In this document: positions 1 to 10,073 of the stretch, piece by piece
Layout: every line of letters begins with the position of its first letter
Numbering within the stretch: position 1 is the stretch's first letter
Source: Verrucomicrobiales bacterium
Lineage (GTDB): Bacteria > Verrucomicrobiota > Verrucomicrobiia > Verrucomicrobiales > V1-33
Assembly (NCBI GenBank): GCA_031411295.1
Contig: JANOAV010000174.1
Span: 1-64,000 of the forward strand
DNA: 64,000 nucleotides
Reading direction: 5' to 3'
Made by a program: the position numbers and the translations under genes
The notes under the pieces: model-generated
Seen by the model: the letters and a program-made list of their open reading frames with translations, nothing else
The model's database searches: none
Told to the model about the DNA's origin: nothing

Positions 1-669
1 ACGACGGAAGCCATCGAAGGCAGTGAGCAATGATTTCCGATCCGCTAGTCGCTCGATGCTCACGCCATTGAGAGTCATGTCATCCTTCACGCTGCCCATG
101 GGCATGAACGGGGCATGAGCGACGCCCAGAAAGCTGGTCCGGCCTTGATTGTAGGGCGTGTGCTTCATGTTGGGCGAGAGATTCACATAGCCCGGCACGG
201 CGGCTCCGCCACCCTCAACCTTCGAGACCACACTGCCGATTTCCGGCCATCCGCCGGGAGGCGCATTGTCATTCAACCGACCGGTCACACACTGGAATGA
301 CTCATGCCGGTCCTTGGCTCCGACCACACTCCTAACAAAATTAAATTTATCCGCCATCTTCGCCATGCGTGGCAAATGTTCGCAGATCTGGATGCCCGGG
401 ACGTTGGTGCGGATGGGAGAAAACTCCCCGCGAATTTCCGAAGGTGCATCCATCTTCAGATCATACATGTCCTGATGCGGCGGCCCGCCGGGAAGGTAAA
501 CGAGGATCAACGCCTTCTGCGATTTCCCCCGGCCTAGCGCGGCTTCAGCACGCAGCAGATCCGGCAGACTGAGTCCCGCCAAGCCCAGCCCGCCAAGACG
601 CAGAAACGAACGCCGCGACATGCCGTCGCAGTAGGAACCTGAAGATTTGTTGGAGAAGAGTGTGAGCAT
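1..669 (-). CDS. DUF1501 family protein (Tat leader), 5' part only; runs off the window edge
   Basis: Manual translation from ATG 669: MLTLFSNKSSGSYCDGMSRRSFLRLGGLGL...[14 protein letters not shown]; clear paralog of 679..2019. Confidence 0.85.
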   Translation of the reverse strand, partial: MLTLFSNKSSGSYCDGMSRRSFLRLGGLGLAGLSLPDLLRAEAALGRGKSQKALILVYLPGGPPHQDMYDLKMDAPSEIRGEFSPIRTNVPGIQICEHLPRMAKMADKFNFVRSVVGAKDRHESFQCVTGRLNDNAPPGGWPEIGSVVSKVEGGGAAVPGYVNLSPNMKHTPYNQGRTSFLGVAHAPFMPMGSVKDDMTLNGVSIERLADRKSLLTAFDGFRR

Positions 670-678
670 GAAATTCAG

Positions 679-2019
679 TTAGCCGATCAATTCCGGCATG
701 GGGGCAAATTGTTCATCCACAAGATAACGCGGACGGCCATTAAGGTCGTTCATGGTGGCGGTCTTGGTGTCGATACCGGATGCGTGATAGAGTGTGGCGA
801 AGATTTCCTGGAAATCCACGGGACGCGAGGCGGCCTCGCCACCAAGACGATCCGTGGAGCCGACAATCTGCCCGTGATTCATGCCGCCGCAGGCCAGCGC
901 TGCACAGGAAACGCGGGGCCAGTGATCGCGACCGCCGTTCTTGTTCACCTGCGGGGTGCGGCCGAACTCGCCCCAGACCACCACGCTGACGTCTTTGTCC
1001 AAGCCTGAGTTGTGCAGATCTTCCACCAGCGCAGTTAGCCCATTGTCCAGCTGCGGGAAGACTTCACGCGCCTGACCGAAGTTGTTGCTGTGCCAGTCCC
1101 AGCGGTTAAATCCTAACGTCACGCAACGCACCCCGGCTTCCACCAACCGACGCGCCATGAGAAATTGCTCGGGGCACTGCGGGCCACCGTCATCGCGACA
1201 TTTCATCGATCCTCCGCCGTAACGGGCGCGGACTTTCGCCTCCTCCTTGTCTAAATTTAACGCATCGGCCAGACGACTGGACGTTAGGACGCCCATGGCC
1301 TGCTGCTGGAAGGCATCCATCGCACCCATCATGCCTGAGGCATCGACGTCCCGTCGCATGTTATCGAAGCTGGTCAGCAGCGCCTTCCGATCCTGCAGGC
1401 GATCCAGCGAAATGTTATTCAATGTCAAGTCCGCGGCCCCGCCACCGTGCGGCTGAAAGGGAGCACGAGCCGGCCCAAGGAATCCGGGCTGCCCGGGATT
1501 CGCCCACGGACCATGCCCCATTTTGGGCGACAGCCCGACAAACGCCGGCACGCCCGGAGCACCCGCCCCCTGCATGCGCGACATGATGGCCCCGATGCTC
1601 GGCCAGCCACCGGCAGGAGCATTTACAGTTGGACGCCCGGTCAGGCATTGCTCCGCTGCGTGCTGCCCGGTGCTACCGACCACACTGCGGATGATGCTGA
1701 ATTTATCCATCATGGCCGCCATCTTCGGAAACAGCTCGCAGACCTGAATGCCCGCCACATTTGTCCCGATGGGCCGGAATTCCCCCCGAATCTCCGCCGG
1801 GGCATCCGGTTTCAGATCCCACATGTCCTGATGCGGCGGCCCGCCGGGCAGGAAAATCATGATGATCGACTTGTTGCTCTTCTGCCCCTGATCCGCTTCC
1901 GCCCTTAGCAATTGCGGCAACCCCAGCCCGCCTAATCCCAAGGCCCCAAGCCGCAAGAATCCCCTGCGGGAAATGCCATCGCAAAAACGGGAAGATTGGG
2001 AATCGGAAATACTTAACAT
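679..2019 (-). CDS. DUF1501 family protein (Tat leader, sulfatase-like fold)
   Basis: SRRGFL Tat motif; [37 protein letters not shown] motifs. Confidence 0.9.
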   Translation of the reverse strand: MLSISDSQSSRFCDGISRRGFLRLGALGLGGLGLPQLLRAEADQGQKSNKSIIMIFLPGGPPHQDMWDLKPDAPAEIRGEFRPIGTNVAGIQVCELFPKMAAMMDKFSIIRSVVGSTGQHAAEQCLTGRPTVNAPAGGWPSIGAIMSRMQGAGAPGVPAFVGLSPKMGHGPWANPGQPGFLGPARAPFQPHGGGAADLTLNNISLDRLQDRKALLTSFDNMRRDVDASGMMGAMDAFQQQAMGVLTSSRLADALNLDKEEAKVRARYGGGSMKCRDDGGPQCPEQFLMARRLVEAGVRCVTLGFNRWDWHSNNFGQAREVFPQLDNGLTALVEDLHNSGLDKDVSVVVWGEFGRTPQVNKNGGRDHWPRVSCAALACGGMNHGQIVGSTDRLGGEAASRPVDFQEIFATLYHASGIDTKTATMNDLNGRPRYLVDEQFAPMPELIG

Positions 2020-2212
2020 GCTAGTGAGAGTTCAGTTAAGGGGGGAACATTAAGTCAACGCGCGCTAACTTTCGTCACCCAGGGGAAGGCAGACGTCATC
2101 CCAGCACGCGCCAGAATTATTAAGAAATCTATAAGATCCCCCACCCTGCGCACGATGATTCTCCCCCGTAATCAAGCCCCCGCAGACAAGTAGCGGTGCG
2201 GGCGGCTAGCTT

Positions 2213-2845
2213 TCAGCCAACAAAGCTCACGAAGGCCCAGGAAAATGTAGGGTCCGTAATGATAAATGCCTTGGGATGGTGATGCGGACTCGTTTGCGGC
2301 CAAGTGGTGCGCTTATAAATCAGCCATTCCTCCTTTGGCACTCGAGTCTGAGCGGGGCTTGGGAATACTCTATATTGGTAAATCCTAGCCGGATCAGTGA
2401 GATCTTCCTTCGTGTAAAAGCCCGATTCAAGCGTCTGCTTTAGGGCCAAGGGATCACAACTAATCCATGCTTCAAACGTTGAAATATCCCACCCGAGCCC
2501 TTGCTGACTGTCGAAAACCTTTACCCCGGTGGGAACGTGATCAACAAAGATGATATTCAAAAAATCCTGCTCACGCCGAAAAGGATTCTCACGCCAAAGG
2601 CAAAGCGCGCAAAGGCAAAGGAATGGAAGGTATAGTGCCCATCGAGCCACCTCAGCCCGCACTCGAAACCAACGGAAGACGGAACTCAGCCCCCACAGCA
2701 ATGGTGCCAACAGCACTTCCGCTACCATGAGCATGATGAAGATCAAAACGCCAGTTAAGGGATCCCATGTTGCCAAGCCAACCAACGCAGCAATCACAAT
2801 GACGACGCGTGGTTTCAGAGGTTCAGCACGGGCGATGGGTTCCAT
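2213..2845 (-). CDS. hypothetical membrane protein
   Basis: Likely start MEPIARAEP at 2845, just after the esterase stop; about three N-terminal hydrophobic segments. Confidence 0.6.
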   Translation of the reverse strand: MEPIARAEPLKPRVVIVIAALVGLATWDPLTGVLIFIMLMVAEVLLAPLLWGLSSVFRWFRVRAEVARWALYLPFLCLCALCLWRENPFRREQDFLNIIFVDHVPTGVKVFDSQQGLGWDISTFEAWISCDPLALKQTLESGFYTKEDLTDPARIYQYRVFPSPAQTRVPKEEWLIYKRTTWPQTSPHHHPKAFIITDPTFSWAFVSFVG

Positions 2846-2861
2846 GGCGATAGCATTTACC

Positions 2862-3830
2862 CTAACGCAGGGGCGGTGTCGACGGATAGCCACGCCAGAG
2901 CCAGAGGAGGGCTTCGGGCAGCGTTTGCGCGATGACTTTTCCGTCCACGTGGCCGGAGTTTTTGGAGAACACGTAGCGATAGTCATAATGCTTGGCTTTC
3001 AGCGCTGCGGCCATGCGATTGTTGGCCATGACCCAGTTGTGATAGGTGCTCTCCGGGTCCTTGGAACGATTGTCGTTTTCACTAACATGCATCCAGATGC
3101 GGATGGGCTTGGCGGGGGATTTGGGAATGAAATTTTCGTGATACTCCCAAGCTCCGTGCGGACTGGCTGGGTTATCGGGGGATTCTTGAGCCACATAGGT
3201 TCCGCTGTAGCTCAGGACTTTGCCATAGAGTTCGGGATGGAACCACGCCATCGTAAAGGCGCAGGCGGCCCCGGAACTCCCCCCCATGCTGGCGCGACCA
3301 GCGGGATCTTTGGTAAATGCTAGTTTGTAGTCGGCGGCTACTTTGGGGAGCACTTCGGTTTCGATGAATTTGGTATAGTTTTCCGATACCGCATCGTATT
3401 CCAGACCACGTTCGCTGCCTTTGCCATCACCACCACCGGAGTTGAGAAAAATGCCGATCATGGCAGGAAGTTTCTTTTGCTGAATCAAATTATCCAATAC
3501 CGGAGCCATGCGCTTCACATAGCCGCCGCCATCCTGCACGATCATGAAGGGAGCAGGCTTGCCACTCTGGTATTGCTTCGGCACATAGACCCAGACCTTG
3601 CGCTCATAGGGCCCCTTCAGTCCCGGGTAGATTTTGCTGTCTGTGGATTTCATGACGAACTCATGCACCTGTCCTTCTGGCACATTGGGCTGACGCGTCA
3701 TTTCCAAGGCCGGAGTGTAATCCGGGCCGATGGTGGATTCCCGTTCTGTTGGCACAACGGTGGGCTTGGGATCAGCCAGGGCGGTGGAAAGGCAGACGGA
3801 AGCAAGAATGTAATAGAGAGATAATTTCAT
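2862..3830 (-). CDS. secreted alpha/beta-hydrolase esterase (enterochelin esterase/Fes-like)
   Basis: Signal peptide; VYVP, QDGGGY, ERGLEYD and GGSSG nucleophile elbow; C-terminal GH. Confidence 0.85.
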   Translation of the reverse strand: MKLSLYYILASVCLSTALADPKPTVVPTERESTIGPDYTPALEMTRQPNVPEGQVHEFVMKSTDSKIYPGLKGPYERKVWVYVPKQYQSGKPAPFMIVQDGGGYVKRMAPVLDNLIQQKKLPAMIGIFLNSGGGDGKGSERGLEYDAVSENYTKFIETEVLPKVAADYKLAFTKDPAGRASMGGSSGAACAFTMAWFHPELYGKVLSYSGTYVAQESPDNPASPHGAWEYHENFIPKSPAKPIRIWMHVSENDNRSKDPESTYHNWVMANNRMAAALKAKHYDYRYVFSKNSGHVDGKVIAQTLPEALLWLWRGYPSTPPLR

Positions 3831-3995
3831 GAATAAGTGGGGCGTTAGTGAATTCCAGAAGACAACCTACACCGCAATGGAGGCTCGTGAGTAAGAGAAA
3901 TTTATACGAGTTGTGGGGCTTGCTCCCGTCCGAAATACTCGTCATCCTGCCCTCTCACACCCTAGCCACTAATTAATCTCTACCGCACCCTGCTT

Positions 3996-4311
3996 ATGAT
4001 CGTCACCGTCTGCAAACCAACCGATGAGATCGTCGGAACCTTCGAGATTGAGGGCTTGGAGGAATTACGCCCGCACTTCCTCACCTTTGCTGCGCGCCAT
4101 GCGGTCAGTGCTGATGATTTAGCGAAGTGTGGTGACCGGTGCATTTTCTGGCGTATTGGCCGCCTTGCCGCTCTATGCGCTGGGGGCGTTGCTTTGCGTG
4201 CAGAGTAAGATTTTGCAAGCTTCGTTGGATACCTCCATCAACACTTCCCCATTCCTAACCAACGAGGAGAGGTTCGCTGCGCTTAAGGGGGACAAAACTG
4301 ATTTATTGTAA
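3996..4311 (+). pseudogene. possible frameshifted or chimeric remnant of a small membrane protein gene
   Basis: Two overlapping short ORFs (3996..4208, 4129..4311); the second ends in protein-like LGALLCVQSKILQASLDTSINTSPFL. Confidence 0.3.
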
Positions 4312-4345
4312 TTGTAGAAAAATCTAGTAATTTCAGCTCAATATT

Positions 4346-4591
4346 ATGAAATTACTCGGCATTCTCTCTCTTTTAGTCTCCGTTGTCGTTGGTGTTACGA
4401 CCTACGGCAACCCATCCGTGCAAGCAACCACTGGCGCAAGCATCGGCTCGACCACGGTTGGCGGGCCCGAACCTGTGACGCAAGCTGCCGCAACGGTGGT
4501 CAACCAGCTAGATCCCCAGAGCCAAGCGAACGCTGAAGCGATTCGGCAATGGAATGAACGGACCAAGGCTGCTCAGGCGGGTCAACCGTGA
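4346..4591 (+). CDS. small secreted or membrane-anchored hypothetical protein
   Basis: 81 aa, ATG after AT-rich upstream region, hydrophobic N-terminus. Confidence 0.55.
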   Translation: MKLLGILSLLVSVVVGVTTYGNPSVQATTGASIGSTTVGGPEPVTQAAATVVNQLDPQSQANAEAIRQWNERTKAAQAGQP

Positions 4592-4669
4592 GCAAAAGCT
4601 TTTTGCTGATTTGTTTCGGGTTCTAGCCACCTGACAGCCGAACGCCAACTGCGAATTACGTGGAGGGAG

Positions 4670-5815
4670 TCAATACACGTCGCGACGGTAGCGTTTCTGC
4701 TCTTTCAGCGCAGCCATGTAGGCCACAGCTTCCTCCGGGGTCTTGCCACCCGCTATTTCGATCACTTTGTGCAGCGCTTTGTCCACATCGTTCGCCATGC
4801 GGGAGGCATCGCCACAGACGTAGAAGATCGCACCTTCTTCCAGCCACGCGTAGAGTTCCTGGGCGGCTTCCACGATCTTATGCTGCACGTAAATTTTCTC
4901 CGCCTGATCCCGGGAGAATGCTAAATCCAATCGCGTTAGGACGCCGGAGGCTAAATATTCGTTCCATTCGGATTCGTAAAAGTAATCCGTCGCGCGGGAG
5001 ATTTCGCCAAAGAACAACCACGCTTTGCCGGCGGCCTTCGTGGCGGCACGTTCCTGCAGGAAGGCCCGGAAAGGAGCGATCCCGGTGCCTGGACCGCACA
5101 TGATGATCGGTGTCGTTTCCTCAGGGGCTGGCATGCGGAAGCCTTTGCCCGGGTTGATGAACGTGGGGATGTCGGTTTCCGCGCTGATCCGCTCGGCTAG
5201 GAACGTGGAGGCCACGCCCAGGCGCTTCCGTCCACGCGATTCATAGCGCACGGTCGCCACGGTCAGGTGAACTTGATCCGGATTCGCCTTGAGGCTGCTG
5301 GAAATGGAATACAACCGAATCTGCACCTTCTTCTGGGTGGCGATGAATTCCTGGGGTTCAAATTTCGCCTGCGGGAAGGCCAGGAGGAAGTCGATCACCT
5401 CGCGACCATAAAGATATTTGGCCAACTCATCTTTTTGCTCCGGGGCCAGCAAGGCGGCTAGTTCGCTGGCAGCATCACCCACTTTGGCCACGATGGCCGC
5501 GAGGAATTTCTTGTCAGGAATGGTGATGGCGCAGGAGGAAGTTAGAGCCTCGCGCAGCGTGCACGGTTTGGGATCCAAATCCATCACGGCCTCATCACCC
5601 GTGGCTCCCAGCGCTGCGAGCACTTCTGCCACCAATCCGGGATCATTCGTCGGCAACACCGCCAGCGAATCCCCCGGCTCGAAGGTCATGCCAGAACCAC
5701 GCAGATCCAATTCAAAATGCCGCGTATCTTTCGGAGAGGTATCAGCAGAAAGTTTACGCGCCAGCTTAAGACGGGCGAGACAGGGATTCTTACGGTTAAA
5801 GGCAGGGAGACTCAT
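4670..5815 (-). CDS. cysJ: sulfite reductase flavoprotein (CysJ-like) FAD/NADPH-binding module, without flavodoxin domain
   Basis: RLYSISSS, GVASTFL, GPGTGIAPFRAF, YVCGDA and C-terminal RYRRDVY. Confidence 0.8.
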   Translation of the reverse strand: MSLPAFNRKNPCLARLKLARKLSADTSPKDTRHFELDLRGSGMTFEPGDSLAVLPTNDPGLVAEVLAALGATGDEAVMDLDPKPCTLREALTSSCAITIPDKKFLAAIVAKVGDAASELAALLAPEQKDELAKYLYGREVIDFLLAFPQAKFEPQEFIATQKKVQIRLYSISSSLKANPDQVHLTVATVRYESRGRKRLGVASTFLAERISAETDIPTFINPGKGFRMPAPEETTPIIMCGPGTGIAPFRAFLQERAATKAAGKAWLFFGEISRATDYFYESEWNEYLASGVLTRLDLAFSRDQAEKIYVQHKIVEAAQELYAWLEEGAIFYVCGDASRMANDVDKALHKVIEIAGGKTPEEAVAYMAALKEQKRYRRDVY

Positions 5816-6058
5816 GGGCTGGGAATGGAAGTGATTTCAGGAAGCCTCGGATACAAGCAGGATGAGTGCCGCACGGCAAGGAAGAACTTATTTCTGGGGA
5901 AAATGGATGGCCCTGCGAGTTGGGAGGGACGTTAGCAATGGCGGACAGAGTCACGCCACGCCAATTGGACTGGCGGAGTCCCGCCGCCATCGGGAATGGC
6001 CTGGGCTATTTCGTGATGGGAGGTCACCCTTGAGGCGGCGGGAGTGGAACTCCAACGC

Positions 6059-6089
6059 AAAAAACGCGGCAGGTTGCCCTGCCGCGTTT
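6059..6089 (-). terminator. intrinsic terminator after ilvC
   Basis: aaacgcggcagg-ttgc-cctgccgcgttt hairpin with A-tract (U-tract on minus). Confidence 0.8.
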
Positions 6090-6126
6090 CGTGATAGTTT
6101 CAACTGCTGATGAATCAGCGAGGTGC

Positions 6127-7155
6127 CTACTTATAGGAAGCTTGGCTGCCTTTGATGTCGCGCTTTTGGATCCATGGCATCAAGCTGCGGAGCTTGGCAC
6201 CGGTCTTCTCGATTTGATGGCCTTCGCCAGCCTTGAGCAGGCGCTTGTATTCGGGATAGCCGTTCTCGCACTCTTTGATCCAGTTTTTGGCGAATTTGCC
6301 GGTCTGAATGTCTTTGAGAGCTGCGGCCATGCGCTTTTTGACGGAGGCGTCGATGATTTTTGGTCCCACGCTGACGTCGCCCCATTTGGCGGTTTCAGAG
6401 ATGGAGAAACGCATCCCGGCAATCCCGGATTCGTTCATCAGATCGACGATCAACTTCAGTTCGTGCAAACACTCGAAGTAGGCCATTTCTGGGCTGTAGC
6501 CGGCTTCCACCAACACTTCGAAGCCAGCTTGCACCAGTGCGCTGGTGCCGCCGCAGAGGACGACTTGCTCACCGAAGAGATCCGTTTCGGTCTCTTCTTT
6601 AAAGGTTGTTTCCAACACGCCGGCACGCGCACCGCCGATGCCTTTGGCCCAGCCCAGAGCGATCTTCTTGGCGTCTTTGCCGGGGTTTTGGTAAATGGCG
6701 ATCAAGCTCGGGACGCCTTTACCTTCGGTGTATTGACGACGCACGATGTGGCCTGGGCCCTTCGGTGCGACCATGATGACGTTCACGTCAGCGGGTGGCA
6801 CGATGGTCTTGAAGTGAATTGCAAAGCCATGGCTGAAGAGGAGCGTTTTGCCCTTGGTCAGATTGGGCTTGATGTCTTTTTCGTAAATGGAGGCCTGCTT
6901 GGTATCGGGCAGAGCGATCATGATGACGTCGGCTTTCTTAACCGCTTCGGCGGTCTCATAGACTTCAAAGCCGTATTCCTTGGCGACGGGGATGGATTTG
7001 CTGCCAGCGTAGAGGCCGATGATGACCTTAACGCCGCTTTCCTTGAGGTTCAAGGCGTGAGCGTGGCCTTGGCTGCCGAAGCCGATGACGGCACAGGTTT
7101 TGCCTTTGAGTGCGCCGAGGTCGGCATCTTTTTCAGTGTAGATTTTAACTGCCAT
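6127..7155 (-). CDS. ilvC: ketol-acid reductoisomerase
   Basis: [39 protein letters not shown]. Confidence 0.97.
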   Translation of the reverse strand: MAVKIYTEKDADLGALKGKTCAVIGFGSQGHAHALNLKESGVKVIIGLYAGSKSIPVAKEYGFEVYETAEAVKKADVIMIALPDTKQASIYEKDIKPNLTKGKTLLFSHGFAIHFKTIVPPADVNVIMVAPKGPGHIVRRQYTEGKGVPSLIAIYQNPGKDAKKIALGWAKGIGGARAGVLETTFKEETETDLFGEQVVLCGGTSALVQAGFEVLVEAGYSPEMAYFECLHELKLIVDLMNESGIAGMRFSISETAKWGDVSVGPKIIDASVKKRMAAALKDIQTGKFAKNWIKECENGYPEYKRLLKAGEGHQIEKTGAKLRSLMPWIQKRDIKGSQASYK

Positions 7156-7205
7156 GGAGGTGGTTTTATTTGGTTAGGTTTGAGTAATGAGAATGATGAA
7201 AATAG

Positions 7206-7685
7206 TTACTGGGCGCGGGGCAGGGCGATTTTGCCGGTGCGAGTCAGTTCGGAAATCGTGAAGTTTTCCATGAGGTTGAGGAACTTGTCCACCTTGCCGG
7301 AGTCACCGGTGATTTCAATGGTGAGGGAGTCCTTGCTGACGTCGATGATCTTGGCGCGGAAAATATCGCATAGCTCGATGACTTCGGCCCGGGTGCTGCG
7401 GTCAAGCGTGACCCGCAGCAGGACCAGTTCGCGCTCGACGTAGTCACCTTCGCGGAAGTCGATGACTTGAATCACGTCGATGAGCTTATCGAGCTGCTTG
7501 ATGATCTGATTGAGAGTGTTTTCCTTCTCATTGACGACGATGGTCATGCGGCTGAGCTTGGGGTCATGGCTGGGGCCGACATTCAGGGATTGAATGTTAT
7601 AGCCACGGCCGCTGAACATGCCAGCCACACGGGCCAGCACGCCAAACTTGTTTTCCACGAGGACGGAAATGGTATGCAGTGTCAT
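7206..7685 (-). CDS. ilvN: acetolactate synthase small (regulatory) subunit
   Basis: ISVLVENKFGVLARVAGMFSGRGYNI ACT domain; QLDKLIDV; RTG end. Confidence 0.95.
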   Translation of the reverse strand: MTLHTISVLVENKFGVLARVAGMFSGRGYNIQSLNVGPSHDPKLSRMTIVVNEKENTLNQIIKQLDKLIDVIQVIDFREGDYVERELVLLRVTLDRSTRAEVIELCDIFRAKIIDVSKDSLTIEITGDSGKVDKFLNLMENFTISELTRTGKIALPRAQ

Positions 7686-7849
7686 GATAGAGTAAATTAT
7701 TCGAACGAACGGACGGTGAAAATGGGTAAATGCCGTCCAGCAAAAGGGCGTGCAGCCTTCCCCTAAAGCGGGAAGAGGTCAAACTGAAATTCCGGGGGAT
7801 TTTCAGCTGGGATTTAGGCCAGCAAAAGCGTGCGCAAAGCGGGATCGGG

Positions 7850-9997
7850 TCAATACACCCGCACGCTCCACTCGCCAGTGGACTTCGGGAAGAGCTGGAG
7901 CACGCCAAGGCTGGAGGTGTCACTGAGGTCGAACGCACCTTGCGTCAGGGTGAGTGGGGCCGGAAGATCGGGAAGTCGGACCAGCGCGTTGAAGCCGAGT
8001 TTGTTCTGCCCTCGGTCGGAGAGGCTCCACTGATGGAGGTAGAAGTCCTGTTTGGGAATGGCGATTTCGACTTGCCGCTCTCCATTGGGGAGGGTTTTTA
8101 GGGAGGCGCGAATGCTGGCCGGGTCGATTTCCCGGTCGTAGCCACTTCCGAAGACAGCTGGGGGGATCTTCTTAATTTGGATGGGACCATCCTGAGCGGG
8201 AAGCGGGAAGGTCCACGTCTCCACGAAGCCTAGTTTCCCTCGCTCGACGGGGTCCCGGGCATCAATCATTAAACTCACTGAGCCGCCCGGGGTGCGGGCT
8301 GGAGGCAGCGCAAACGTGCAGAAGAGACCGGTGGGATCCACCTTGGCGAGTAAAGTGACTGCGGGAGACGCGCCATCCTGCGCTGGAAAGGGAAGTTTTT
8401 GTTCCGGGAGGAAATTGCGCGTGGCGTCGATGGTGCGGGTAAAAACGTAAGTGTGGTCGCCCGACTTCAGACGCACGACCAGAGGCGCGTGAAGCGAGGT
8501 TGCTTCGGGGAGGACGAGGCGAAGCTTAAGCGGCTTGCTGCCATTGCCTTCCAGTGCGATGGCCATTTCAGTCTTTTTGCCGAGCCAGTCAATCTCAGCG
8601 CTGGCGCGGAACTCTTCTTTGAGTTTATTCGTAATGGTTCCGTCGATCAAGAGATCTCCGGCCACGCTTTCGATCCGCTGCACGGGCAGGTCCACGGAGA
8701 TGGGCACGATGATGGCGTCAATACTGAGAAGTTGGGCACGGTTGTTTTGATAAAGGATGAAGCTGGCACAGGTGGTGTTGCCCAACGGCAGGGGCGATTC
8801 CCGGTCCTCGCTGGAGGTGAGTGGCATTCGCGTGGTGCGGCGGTCAGTGAAGGGCTTAACCGCAAAGGTGTTGTCGCCCGCGCGCTTCCAACCACCGCTT
8901 TGCTGCAAGATCGTCAGGACGGCATCCGTGACTTCCGGCGCGGGGTGTTCCGGTGTGGAGGCTTGAATTAGGGAGATTTCCAGGTTCGGGGCTGGGCGCT
9001 GCTGTTCCTTGGTGGAATGCGTGGCCAGCGTGTAGGAGCCACGAGCCGTAATGGCCGGGGGCAGGGTCAATCCCAGCAGGTTCTGCCAGGCGGCTTCGGC
9101 CATGACCGTGTGTCCGGCCGAGTTGGGGTGGAGCAAGTCCAAGGCCGATCCTGCTTGGAAATACTTTTTCAGAGGTTCCAAATATGAGGTGTAAGCCGTA
9201 GTGAGGTCACTTGGCAACTTCAACGGGAGATCGCCCAGAGCTGCGGTCATGTCCCAGAAAAGGAGCTTTTCACTGGCGGCCACCCCAGCGGCAGCTCGGG
9301 AGTATGCCTGCGTGGTGGTAATGCTGTGAAGGTCATCCCCATAGATCAAGGATGGCCCTGCGATGACGAGATCGACTTGTTGCTCGCGACAAATTTTGAC
9401 CACTGCTTCCAAGGCCATGCGGTAGGACTCCACGGGCACTTCTGAGAGGGCATCGTTCAAGCCATACATCCACAACACCAAGTCTGGGCGGTCGTCGAAG
9501 GCTTCGGTGGTGAGCGGTTGGAGCGCCTGGATGGCGGTGGTCCCTTTGCGGGCGAAATTTCTCAACACGATCTCTGGTGATCCGTTGATGACTTCGCTGA
9601 TGGGTTGGATTTCACCGCGCGCGGGGAGTTCACGGACCGTGGGCGGCTCCCCTTTGGCCAGGGGCTTGGGGAGCGGTGGGGGCTTGGTGCCAGCCAGACG
9701 CACGCCGCCGCCGTAGAAAAATTTAGCCGCCATGAGATCCAGGAATTGGTAATGCCAGCAGAGCCGTGGATTCTCTCCGGGGCCGAACCCAAAGCGGGAC
9801 ACTTCATCCCCCACCACTGCGACCCGCACGCGGGCGCGACGCTGTAATTTGGGTAGGGTGCGGGGTAAATATTGCTGCAGCCGAGCCTCGATGGCTGCCT
9901 CCTGCTCATAGTTGATCTCCTCTGCTCCGGCGGGAACCGTGGCAAAAGTAGCTAGCGCCAGCAGGGCCAGCGGGCGGAGGAAGGAAGCGGAGAACAT
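7850..9997 (-). CDS. secreted SGNH/GDSL hydrolase-fold multidomain protein
   Basis: Start MFSASFL with signal peptide; blocks VGDEVS, YGLND, DLLHPN; beta-rich C-terminal half. Confidence 0.75.
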   Translation of the reverse strand: MFSASFLRPLALLALATFATVPAGAEEINYEQEAAIEARLQQYLPRTLPKLQRRARVRVAVVGDEVSRFGFGPGENPRLCWHYQFLDLMAAKFFYGGGVRLAGTKPPPLPKPLAKGEPPTVRELPARGEIQPISEVINGSPEIVLRNFARKGTTAIQALQPLTTEAFDDRPDLVLWMYGLNDALSEVPVESYRMALEAVVKICREQQVDLVIAGPSLIYGDDLHSITTTQAYSRAAAGVAASEKLLFWDMTAALGDLPLKLPSDLTTAYTSYLEPLKKYFQAGSALDLLHPNSAGHTVMAEAAWQNLLGLTLPPAITARGSYTLATHSTKEQQRPAPNLEISLIQASTPEHPAPEVTDAVLTILQQSGGWKRAGDNTFAVKPFTDRRTTRMPLTSSEDRESPLPLGNTTCASFILYQNNRAQLLSIDAIIVPISVDLPVQRIESVAGDLLIDGTITNKLKEEFRASAEIDWLGKKTEMAIALEGNGSKPLKLRLVLPEATSLHAPLVVRLKSGDHTYVFTRTIDATRNFLPEQKLPFPAQDGASPAVTLLAKVDPTGLFCTFALPPARTPGGSVSLMIDARDPVERGKLGFVETWTFPLPAQDGPIQIKKIPPAVFGSGYDREIDPASIRASLKTLPNGERQVEIAIPKQDFYLHQWSLSDRGQNKLGFNALVRLPDLPAPLTLTQGAFDLSDTSSLGVLQLFPKSTGEWSVRVY

Positions 9998-10073
9998 CGG
10001 CAAAGGAGCAAATCGGCAGGTAGTGAAACCACAGGCTAAACGGGAAGTTGGCACTGCGCAAATGACGAAAGCA

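Noticed and set aside
5979..6043. Inverted repeat tcccgccgcc/ggcggcggga upstream of the cysJ-like gene as a riboswitch
   Set aside because: Only 10-bp arms; no known riboswitch consensus recognised
6091..7443. 450-aa plus-strand ORF
   Set aside because: Antisense shadow of ilvC/ilvN; no protein-like motifs
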